Source: Methylococcales bacterium
GTDB taxonomy: Bacteria; Pseudomonadota; Gammaproteobacteria; Methylococcales; Methylomonadaceae
DNA length: 64,000 nucleotides
Assembly (NCBI GenBank): GCA_028713055.1
Contig: JAQTOX010000001.1
Span: 3,988 to 67,987 of the forward strand
Direction of reading: 5' to 3'
Shown piece by piece: positions 29,067 through 37,030 of the stretch. How positions within the stretch are numbered: position 1 is the stretch's first letter; the number at the start of each line of letters is the position of its first letter. The notes under the pieces are model-generated. The model was not told where the DNA came from. It made no database searches and was given only the letters and a program-made list of their open reading frames with translations. The position numbers were made by a program, and so were the translations under genes.

Positions 29067-29239
29067 TGGACAAAGTTTTTTACGGCATTCGTTACGATGC
29101 AGCAACAGGCAGGCTGACTGCTGACCGCATTGACGATAACTCGCCGCGCGAGAAGGCAAAATACGCGGATAGTTTTACTTCAACAAAATACATGACATTT
29201 CATTTTAACGGCGCACATTTGCAAGCGAGTATTTTATGA
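29066..29239 (+). CDS. Hypothetical small protein (57 aa, not in the ORF track)
   Basis: MDKVFYGIRYDAATGRLTADRIDDNSPREKAKYADSFTSTKYMTFHFNGAHLQASIL, with ATGA overlaps at both ends (29064-29068 and 29236-29239). Confidence 0.45.
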   Translation: MDKVFYGIRYDAATGRLTADRIDDNSPREKAKYADSFTSTKYMTFHFNGAHLQASIL

Positions 29240-30891
29240 CAGAGATAGATTTAGGATTATTGCGATTTGCGTTCAAAGGCATATTCGATGCAGCGGTAAC
29301 TTACGAATACAACAACATCGTGCGGTATGGTGGCGGCACTTACGCCTATATTTCACAAGTCAAAACTGCGGGTTTTGTACCGACTAATACGTTGTACTGG
29401 CAAAAAATCATTGAAGGCTACAACTATCGCGGTGACTGGGCAGCAACAACGGCTTATATGACATCCGATGTAGTCACGGACGGCATTAGCACTTTCGTAG
29501 CATTATCTGACCATATTTCGTCTGCAACACTCGCCGCCGACGGAATCTATCCGGCTTCGGGCGCAAAGTGGAAATATCTCGCAAAGGGTGCAGCAGGTGT
29601 ACCTGCATTTACAATGGCAGATAAAGACAAGTCGCTGTTTAATGACGGTACAGGCTTGTACTGGGGAATTTCAAGTTATACCAGCCAATACAACGACAAA
29701 GCCGCTGTTAACAACGTTATCGTTAATAACGCAATCGTTCCGTGTACCACTTTTTCAAGCCAAAAAGTTTATGCTGGCAACGTAATATATATGCGCGTTA
29801 TGCAATTAGCTGATGCAGGGAAGTTCGTCGTTGGTGCAGTACCTGCTGATGGCATTGGAAATATGGAAGCCTGTTTAACGCCGTTTTCAGTTGACCAAAC
29901 CACAGGCGCAATTACACAGGCTGCACCCGCGCGTCAATTCACGCAGGCGGTTAATACGCCAGCGACAACCTGTGAATGGGCGGCAGTGGGTAATCACGTT
30001 TATTTTAGAGGTTCAATACCGAACCCATCTGCAGGTACGGTACCAGACGAATATGCGTTTGCAGCGTCCGTAACCAATAATACAGTCAGCGGTTTTTCGG
30101 GTGTTTTGACTGGAAACTATAATGTTGTTAGCAATTATGACCCGCTCGTTATTCTGAGTGGTACAACCTCGCATAATCGTTTTGCGTCTTATGGAATAAC
30201 GGTCGGCGTTTATTTACATAAAAAGTTGCAATATACAGGGAGCGTGCTGTCTCTAGCCGATGAAGCAGTCCCTAGTCCCGTGTCAAATACATCAACTAAT
30301 TTCGTGATGCCGTGTATCCCGTCATTTGCGAATAGGGGGATTGGGGCGGGCGGATTGATTGGTTATCTAACGGCGACTAGCCCAAGACTTGTCACGCAAA
30401 ACGCTTCTTTAGACCGCGTTGCAGAATATGATTCGCTGGCACTTTTTGGTTTTGGCATGGATTGGAACGCTACAGATGCTGGTTTTGGTTTTCAATTGTC
30501 GAATGGCGAAAAAGTCTATTTCGGAGCTTATGGCAACTACATCAAAGAATCGACGCTTAACGTGTTGAGCAGCTTAGGGCGACCGAATTTGGATTTATAC
30601 CAGATTTTAGGCAACTCTCGCTATTGTAATCGTGAGTTAATTATTCCGCTGCCGACCGCCAATACATGGGCAGCATTTGCTTCCGACGGCTCGTTAATCT
30701 CATTCAAAATTGACCCAGCGACTTATGTTGTAACGATGCTGAAGTCCGTGGGTGTGAAGGCGTTAATACCAGATACAAATAACGCGATGGTCGCGATAAC
30801 TGGTTCAAGCAATCAATTTATGGTCTTGGCGAATTGGGTTACGAGAGGCTCGTATGCAAAAGTTTCTGTTATCAACAATCCATTTATTTAA
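29236..30891 (+). CDS. Tail fibre / receptor-binding protein (551 aa)
   Basis: The N-terminal tandem Y..G..V.Y.G..Y.......G..P.....W..I repeats are carbohydrate-binding-like and common in fibre proteins. It is the last large gene before the fibre chaperone. Confidence 0.55.
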   Translation: MTEIDLGLLRFAFKGIFDAAVTYEYNNIVRYGGGTYAYISQVKTAGFVPTNTLYWQKIIEGYNYRGDWAATTAYMTSDVVTDGISTFVALSDHISSATLAADGIYPASGAKWKYLAKGAAGVPAFTMADKDKSLFNDGTGLYWGISSYTSQYNDKAAVNNVIVNNAIVPCTTFSSQKVYAGNVIYMRVMQLADAGKFVVGAVPADGIGNMEACLTPFSVDQTTGAITQAAPARQFTQAVNTPATTCEWAAVGNHVYFRGSIPNPSAGTVPDEYAFAASVTNNTVSGFSGVLTGNYNVVSNYDPLVILSGTTSHNRFASYGITVGVYLHKKLQYTGSVLSLADEAVPSPVSNTSTNFVMPCIPSFANRGIGAGGLIGYLTATSPRLVTQNASLDRVAEYDSLALFGFGMDWNATDAGFGFQLSNGEKVYFGAYGNYIKESTLNVLSSLGRPNLDLYQILGNSRYCNRELIIPLPTANTWAAFASDGSLISFKIDPATYVVTMLKSVGVKALIPDTNNAMVAITGSSNQFMVLANWVTRGSYAKVSVINNPFI

Positions 30892-30900
30892 GGGGTTCAA

Positions 30901-31119
30901 ATGTTTACTACTATTCAAGAAGCTAAAGCGGCTCGAAATCAAGCGTTGGTGGATTCTGATAGATACATGATTGCAGATTTTGCGATCAGTGAAGCAGATA
31001 AATTGGCAGTTCAAATTTACCGCCGAAACTTGCGTTTTTGCTTAGATGATTTGACTGACGAATCGGTGGTGACGTTTTCATTGCCCGCTGCGCCAAAAAT
31101 AAGTATCTATAAATTATGA
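30901..31119 (+). CDS. Tail fibre assembly chaperone-like protein (72 aa)
   Basis: The pattern ARNQALVDSDRYMIADF.....DKLAVQIYRRNLR resembles the tail fibre assembly (Caudo_TAP-type) pattern R..LL..SD......W..YR..LR. Position fits. Confidence 0.5.
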   Translation: MFTTIQEAKAARNQALVDSDRYMIADFAISEADKLAVQIYRRNLRFCLDDLTDESVVTFSLPAAPKISIYKL

Positions 31120-31348
31120 TTTTAGATAGAAATGGGCGACCGTTATTCCGAAGACAAGTATTTTCAAAGTATGATTTTTAGGTATGACAGAAGTTTGTCA
31201 TGCCGTGTTTTGCTTGATTGTTTTTTTAAGTGCATCGAATTTGCAGCTATGACAAAAACTAATTAGCATAGGTTAAAGTAGGATTAGCTATGTTTTGGGC
31301 GTTTGATTATGTACATCTTATTGTTTATTAAGTTATTTTTTAATGATT

Positions 31349-31399
31349 TGCAGATTCGTAATCAGTAGGTCGCAGGTTCGACTCCCGTCATTGGCTCCA
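31349..31399 (+). other. 3' fragment of a tRNA-Thr(CGU)-like gene; putative attR core of the prophage
   Basis: tgcagATTCGTAATcagtaGGTCGCAGGTTCGACTCCCGTCATTGGCTCCA shows an anticodon-loop-like TTCGTAA, a T-arm GG-TTCGACT-CC, an acceptor 3' strand and CCA. There is no D-arm or 5' acceptor strand upstream. Confidence 0.6.
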
Positions 31400-32447
31400 T
31401 AAATATAGTTATGTTTTCACCATGTAGTCATTTTTTATTTTGGGTAACAAAATGATAGAAACTTAATGTTATCTGATGAAACAATCCCTTCTTATTTTGT
31501 CTAAAATATTTTTAATTTAATTGGCAATCACTGCATATATCGTCAGTAAAATTCCACATGATTTCATGTATCTGATTGTACTGAAAAATATTCACCACTA
31601 TTCTTTTCACTTAAATTTAGCATTTAATTTAATGCAATCTAAAAAAGAAATATCAAAAACTATCGTTCGCACCTCACGAAGAGATTTGTGATTTAAAAAA
31701 ACGGTAATTTAAAATTCAGGGGAGAAAAATAATCAGCGTTGCAGGGTTGCCTAGTTGCTTTTTTGCCCTTACTACTTTTTTAAAAAAGTAAAATTTGATG
31801 TTTTCACAAAAAGTTTTTTGGCGTAGATCGAAAAAAGTGCTATTTAGCTGTTGGCACGGAAACCATGTTTTTGAATCATTATTTCGAGGTGTTATGACCC
31901 AACAAGTATCGTTGGCAGACACATCTCAGAAAATACAAAACACATTACCAAAATTGCCACTTACCATTATTAAAGATGCGATATTGGCGAAATGTCAGTG
32001 TTATTCAACAGACAAAACCCAAATTCCGCACTATTTATCAAGCGATAGTTATTGAAATTACTATCATTGATTATTTGTTCAATGGTTTGAATCAAAACAA
32101 TGACGTAACGCTAATCTGCAGCTATCCTAAGTACGATAACGTGCCATTTACTGGCAATGTCACATTGTTTGCAACAGATGAATTCCCAAAACATCATCTA
32201 AATGATGAATCGCCATAATAATTGATATTGATTTTCCTGACAATGCCCCAGCATTCATGCAACACAAAACAGCAGAAGACGTTTTAGCTGTGTTGGAATC
32301 TGTAGTACCTGGCTGTTCGGATGTGTTAGTTGTAGATGCCCCGAGTTCATCTAATGGGATTACTGCACCAAACAGTACAATTCCAACAGGTAATTACAAA
32401 CGCAATCTTTATTTCCAAACACAGACCAAAATGGCAAAGTTCAAATA

Positions 32448-32930
32448 TTGATTGATAAAAAAGCTGTTTCAAGAGAACGTTTGCGTTATGAAGTTGCCCC
32501 AATTATGAATGGTGGTATCACAAAACAGCCATCACCAATCAGATTACTAGGAACTAAATTACTCGATACTAAGTTATTAGTTGACCCAACGGCTGATGAA
32601 ATTTTTCAGTATGAAAGTATTATGGGTAAAAAACGGCAAATAACCACTGCAAAAAATGGCTCTGTTACTTTTGGAATACCAAATCGGGTATCAGATTTGA
32701 CATGGGATATGGCTGTCACGCTAGTAATTACGCCGCAACAATTCAAAGCTGAAGGTTTAATGGATGAATCTTGTCACTCTCCTTTCAGAATTGATAATAA
32801 TCCCAGTGCCAAAATGGGTTTAGATAAAAATGGAAATCCATACATTTACGATGCTGGTACGGGTGAGAGCCATTTCTTAGTCTTAGAAAAGCCACAACAC
32901 TGGGAGTTGGTGGATACAGAAGCACAGTAA
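32448..32930 (+). CDS. Hypothetical protein with a degenerate primase zinc-binding-like segment (possibly part of a pseudogene)
   Basis: CHSPFRIDNNPSAKMGLDKNGNPYIYDAGTGESHF resembles the CPFH.D..PS....... half of primase CHC2-type zinc fingers, but lacks the second Cys pair. Confidence 0.4.
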   Translation: MIDKKAVSRERLRYEVAPIMNGGITKQPSPIRLLGTKLLDTKLLVDPTADEIFQYESIMGKKRQITTAKNGSVTFGIPNRVSDLTWDMAVTLVITPQQFKAEGLMDESCHSPFRIDNNPSAKMGLDKNGNPYIYDAGTGESHFLVLEKPQHWELVDTEAQ

Positions 32931-32932
32931 AT

Positions 32933-33161
32933 GTCGATGATATGTTTGAGTACACCACCGCTGAAATGAATTCAAATTACGCAATTGTGATGATGGGAGG
33001 AAAGAGCTTAATCATGGGAAAAACTCTTATGATCCAGCGTTAAAATGCAATTGCATAGAGTTTCACCCAACGTCAACATTCGCCGCGTTTAATGCTCACA
33101 AACGTGTAAAAATTGATGATAAGTATCAATCTATTGTGAAGTATTGGCTAAGTCATGAAAC
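32933..33161 (+). pseudogene. Frameshifted, truncated primase-helicase (P4/DUF5906-type N-terminal region) remnant
   Basis: Frame +2 gives EMNSNYAIVMMGGKSLIMGK, then frame +1 gives SYDPALKCNCIEFHPTSTFAAFNAHKRVKIDDKYQSIVKYWLSHE. This matches the N.YA.V..GGK..I....D.....I.F.....F........W..H pattern. It is cut off at the ccmI 3' end. Confidence 0.4.
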
Positions 33162-34376
33162 TTACTGAACACGTTCGTCAATCACCAACTTCACCACACC
33201 ATTATCTACCGACGTTGAAACCTGTTTTTTACCAATCGGTTCACCGGATTGCGCGATGGCATTGCCAGTATGACTAATTCTTGCGCTGATTTGGACACTC
33301 GCTACCGACGAAATTGTCATATTTGGCATCATCGCCATACTGTCATCAAGCGTTACGTCTAATGGCAAATCTTTCACCTGTTTTTTCACGACGGCTAACG
33401 GCATTTTTCCACCTTGCGCCGGTTGTGCATAAATGAAAACAAAATCTTCTGGATTTGTGGCTGCTTTGAATTTTTCGTCTAACGAAATCGCTAAATGAAT
33501 ACTTTTGTTCGTTATCGAGGCTTTCTTTTCTGCCACAGGTACTGGTTGTCCCAAGGCTTCACGCGCTTGATCAATTAGTTTTTGAACTTCCAAATAATCG
33601 GCATCCTCGGGTTTGTAATGCGTTTGCAATTTTTGCCAAAGCCCAATCGCCTCATTGAATTTTCCATCTTCTGCATTTGCCAATCCGTACAACCACAACG
33701 CCATATCGTTATTTGCATCGAGTTCCAAAGCTTCTGCTACCAGTTCAGTCGGTTCACCGAGTAATGTGCCACCTTTTTCCATTGCAATCACGTCCGCCAA
33801 TTGCAATAAAACTTCAGGTTGCTCTCCTGTTAAAGCGCGAGCTTTTCGCAAGGCTTCGACCGCTTCGGGATAACGTTTTAACACTTTGTACGAACGCGCC
33901 AACATAATCCAGCCTTCTGAATCGTTTGGATTTTGTGCCATTTTTTGCGCGAGTTTTTCAACCATACCGTTAATATCGGCAGCCGTTTTTGTCGGCATTT
34001 CACCTTTAATTGCAACATCGTCAAATGCCCGAAAATCACCTTTTACACTATAAATTGCCAATGCCAACAACGGTACAAAAACACCCAATGGAATCGCAAT
34101 CCAACGTCCACTTGATGAAGTGGAACTGGTGGGAATATAACGTAAATCGTGATGCAAATTTAACATCAACTCATTTTTTAATGGTTCATATTGTGCAACT
34201 GTAATCACGCCATTTTCTAAATCCGTTTCAAGCGATTGCAGTTTTTGTTGCGCGAGCCGGATGTTTATTTCTGAATCGTCACTCGACACAATTTTGGGTT
34301 TTAACCACAACGGAATCAGCAAAAAACATAACGCAATCGCAATAAATAACGCGACAAAAATACCAAATTGAATCAT
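33162..34376 (-). CDS. ccmI: Cytochrome c maturation protein CcmI/CycH (TPR protein)
   Basis: N-terminal TM helix, a second TM helix, TPR repeats, and a typical C-terminal domain (VFIYAQPAQGGKMPLAVVKK...). Its ATGA overlaps ccmH. Confidence 0.85.
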   Translation of the reverse strand: MIQFGIFVALFIAIALCFLLIPLWLKPKIVSSDDSEINIRLAQQKLQSLETDLENGVITVAQYEPLKNELMLNLHHDLRYIPTSSTSSSGRWIAIPLGVFVPLLALAIYSVKGDFRAFDDVAIKGEMPTKTAADINGMVEKLAQKMAQNPNDSEGWIMLARSYKVLKRYPEAVEALRKARALTGEQPEVLLQLADVIAMEKGGTLLGEPTELVAEALELDANNDMALWLYGLANAEDGKFNEAIGLWQKLQTHYKPEDADYLEVQKLIDQAREALGQPVPVAEKKASITNKSIHLAISLDEKFKAATNPEDFVFIYAQPAQGGKMPLAVVKKQVKDLPLDVTLDDSMAMMPNMTISSVASVQISARISHTGNAIAQSGEPIGKKQVSTSVDNGVVKLVIDERVQ

Positions 34377-34831
34377 TTTGAATCACTCGTGGTGTGTAAA
34401 AGTTCAGCAATACGAGCGCGTTCGCTCGCGGATAATTGTTCATCAACATTTGTTTTTCGGCGTTTTAATAATGACCAGAAACCTAAACCACCGAGCAACA
34501 AAGTCAAAACTGGTGCAAGCCATAAAATCAAAGTCCGCGCATTAAACGGTGGGCGATACAACACAAAATCACCGTAACGTTCAGTCATGTAATCAATAAT
34601 TTGCGAATTACTTTCGCCACGATTCAGCATTTCGTAAACTTTTCGTCGTAAATCTTGCGCCAGTTCGGCGTGCGAGTCGGCGATGTTTTGATTTTGACAA
34701 ACTAAGCAGCGCAATTCCTCGGTCAAGGTTTGATAACGCAATTCAAGTTCAGACGTAGTGAATTGATAAACTTCAATTTCAGCGTGAACGCTTTGGCTTA
34801 GAAGAAGTAAGCACAATACTAATTTTTTCAT
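34373..34831 (-). CDS. ccmH: Cytochrome c maturation protein CcmH/CycL
   Basis: Signal peptide, the LRCLVCQNQNIADS (LRCxxC) motif, and a C-terminal TM helix. Confidence 0.9.
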   Translation of the reverse strand: MKKLVLCLLLLSQSVHAEIEVYQFTTSELELRYQTLTEELRCLVCQNQNIADSHAELAQDLRRKVYEMLNRGESNSQIIDYMTERYGDFVLYRPPFNARTLILWLAPVLTLLLGGLGFWSLLKRRKTNVDEQLSASERARIAELLHTTSDSK

Positions 34832-34987
34832 TCGGTCTCTAATTTATACTTAAGGGCAATAAAAAGCGGTGGTTCATCAAAAATCTCCCACATCTTGTGA
34901 TTTCAATTATTACATACGATTCGAATCTGTTGGTTTTTTTGCATGACAACGTTAGCTAAATAATACCCTCAAGTTAGTAAAGATAAA

Positions 34988-36493
34988 TCACAAAACAAAA
35001 TCACTCGCAACCAGACTGTTCACGCCGTTCAATTGAATTGAAAATTCGGGTTTATTATCGGCATCGGTACTGCCGTAAAGAATGTGAGTTGTTGCATCAA
35101 AACGTAGTTGACCTGTAGCATCGGTTTTACTGAAGGCTTTTGCGCCAATAAATGTAAAACTTTGGTCGATTTGAAATCCAAAACTGTCCACGTCAGCACT
35201 ATTTGCATCAATATCATACAAATCAATTTTATCGCCGTCGCTGTGTTTAAAATCAGTGATGATGTCGCGTGTTTTGGCGGTCAAACCTGTTTCTTCAACG
35301 TTATGAAAAGAAAATTGATCAGCACCCATTCCGCCCGTCATTTTGTCTACCCCCATGTCTCCGATAATCCAATCATTTCCCGCTGAACCCGAAAGGGTGT
35401 CATTTTCAGAAGTGCCAGTTAGTCCCCACGTTTGTTTCAAATCATTAACCGTAAATGGTGTTGCAAATTGTGTTGAGTTTGCAAAATCAACACCGATGTT
35501 TAACGGTACAGATTTCAAATCTGGATTGATTGCAGACAAATCGAGATGATCGAAAAACACGCTTGCAGTTGTAAATGGTTCATATGTGGTGGAAATCGGT
35601 TCGTGTGTAATTGCATAGTTTGCGAGTTCTTCTGAGCTTGGAGCTTTTGTTCTAAATCCTTTTACCATGTCAACGTCATCGACATTAACGAGTTGTCCCT
35701 TATCATCAAAAGAAATTTTTAGAGGATTAGCTGTGATTTCACCTTCTCCTAAAACCACCGATGATATAACGCCACCGCTTAATGAAAAATACATAGACCG
35801 TTCTTCAGCCGCAGGGGCGGAGCCTTGAAAAATCAATGCACCCGATGCAGCAGAAAATTCATTTGGAAAATAAAGACCTGTTGCGCCAGACACCGAGGAT
35901 AAATCAAGAGACAACGTCGCCAAATCAAGTGGTGGCAATGAATCATTATTAACAGTTTCTGACACTTGCTCTGTTCCTTGATAAACCAAGGGCGCCATAG
36001 GAAAAAAATTAACAGCATCCGTTGATGATAATGTTATGAGAGTTGGTGGATTTGTATCTACGATAGGTGGTAAATCAATTTTAGATAGTGCAGATAAATC
36101 AAGAGGAGGCAATGAATCATTATTAACGCTTGGAAAATTTGTCACGGTGTCGATATTTCGACCATCAATGAAAACATAAGCATTCCATTCATTCGCCACA
36201 GCGGTTTTCGCAAAATACGTTGAGAAAACGTGGTCATTGCCATTTTGGTCAGCAATGTTCATTGAAACAACGTTGGTATATGTGTCAGGATTTGGCACAT
36301 ACGGCGCGGCATCATCAGTGTGTTTCAAAAACGAAAACGCTTTAGTTACAGGTTTATCGGAGCCATTTAAATTTAAAGTCATTTCGACATTGGTTATTGC
36401 ATCGGGTGCAACGATTTTAGGCGCGTGGTTCACGGGTTGGACTGCTGCAATCATTGCGGCAGCAGGTATAATCGCTTTTTTTGGAAGAGTCAT
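34988..36493 (-). CDS. FlgE (hook) core-like protein fused to an RTX/serralysin-type C-terminal secretion domain
   Basis: FlaE/FlgE-like segments are present: ITNVEMTLNLNG, HVFSTYFAKTAVANEWNAYVFIDG, KISFDDKGQLVNV and FANSTQFATPFTVNDLKQ. These are followed by GSAGNDWIIGDMGVDKMTGGMGADQFSF nonapeptide repeats and ...FTFIGAKAFSKTDATGQLRFD...SIQLNGVNSLVASDFVL. Confidence 0.7.
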   Translation of the reverse strand: MTLPKKAIIPAAAMIAAVQPVNHAPKIVAPDAITNVEMTLNLNGSDKPVTKAFSFLKHTDDAAPYVPNPDTYTNVVSMNIADQNGNDHVFSTYFAKTAVANEWNAYVFIDGRNIDTVTNFPSVNNDSLPPLDLSALSKIDLPPIVDTNPPTLITLSSTDAVNFFPMAPLVYQGTEQVSETVNNDSLPPLDLATLSLDLSSVSGATGLYFPNEFSAASGALIFQGSAPAAEERSMYFSLSGGVISSVVLGEGEITANPLKISFDDKGQLVNVDDVDMVKGFRTKAPSSEELANYAITHEPISTTYEPFTTASVFFDHLDLSAINPDLKSVPLNIGVDFANSTQFATPFTVNDLKQTWGLTGTSENDTLSGSAGNDWIIGDMGVDKMTGGMGADQFSFHNVEETGLTAKTRDIITDFKHSDGDKIDLYDIDANSADVDSFGFQIDQSFTFIGAKAFSKTDATGQLRFDATTHILYGSTDADNKPEFSIQLNGVNSLVASDFVL

Positions 36494-36508
36494 CTTGTTG
36501 TCCTTGAG

Positions 36509-37030
36509 TTAATTAAAATTTTGCTGCATTTTTTGCCACACATTCGGTGTTAATGCGCCTATATATCTAGCACGAATGATACCGTTTCCATCTACCAGAT
36601 ACGTTTGTGGCAAACTTTGAATATCTAACGGCATTGCGCTTGCCATTGCACCATCAAACATAATTGCGTCAAACGGATTCCCTTGTTGTTTTAAATAGGT
36701 TTTGGCATTTTCTAAATCGTCTTGATAATCCACGCCATAAATTGTCACGCCTTCTTCTGAAAGTTGTTTTAACAATTCATGTTCCGCCCGACACGCCGCA
36801 CACCATGAAGCCCAAACATTTATCAACGCAGGCTTTTTAAAATCCGTGCTATTCAAAATGATGTCGGTGTTTTCTAGTGAAGGTAAATTCACCACAGGAA
36901 TTTTTTTACCGATTAAACGCGACGGACTTTTATTCGGGTCATACGTCAAACCGTAACCGTACATCACACCTAAAAGTGAAATTAAGATAATCGGCAACGC
37001 CAACAACAAACGCGGCTCAGGCTTTGTCAC
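36509..37030 (-). CDS. ccmG: Thiol:disulfide oxidoreductase CcmG/DsbE
   Basis: N-terminal TM anchor, the NVWASWCAACRAEH thioredoxin motif, and the LPQTYLVDGNGIIRARYIG motif. Its ATGA overlaps the upstream cytochrome gene. Confidence 0.9.
   Translation of the reverse strand: MTKPEPRLLLALPIILISLLGVMYGYGLTYDPNKSPSRLIGKKIPVVNLPSLENTDIILNSTDFKKPALINVWASWCAACRAEHELLKQLSEEGVTIYGVDYQDDLENAKTYLKQQGNPFDAIMFDGAMASAMPLDIQSLPQTYLVDGNGIIRARYIGALTPNVWQKMQQNFN

Larger units (their letters stand above)
1..31399. mobile_element. Lambda-like siphovirus prophage, late/morphogenesis arm; the left end (integrase/early genes) lies outside the window
   Basis: Contiguous lysis, terminase, head, tail and tail-fibre genes recognisable by motif and order. 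The right boundary is a 3' tRNA fragment at 31349-31399, followed by unrelated decayed DNA. Confidence 0.85.
31400..33161. other. Decayed integrative-element islet (short, overlapping or frameshifted ORFs)
   Basis: AT-rich leader 31400-31890, followed by ORFs 31894..32055, 31976..32218, 32257..32451 and 32448..32930 in shifting frames. It ends in a frameshifted primase-helicase-like remnant. Confidence 0.45.

Noticed and set aside
27974-30891. A diversity-generating retroelement or invertible/phase-variable tail-fibre cassette.
   Set aside because: There is no reverse transcriptase or invertase gene in the window. By eye I found no template/variable repeat pair and no inverted-repeat-flanked segment.
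31324-31399. A possible complete tRNA gene.
   Set aside because: The 25 nt upstream of the anticodon-like loop are A/T-rich. They cannot form a D-arm or pair with the acceptor 3' strand CATTGGC, so this is only a 3' fragment.
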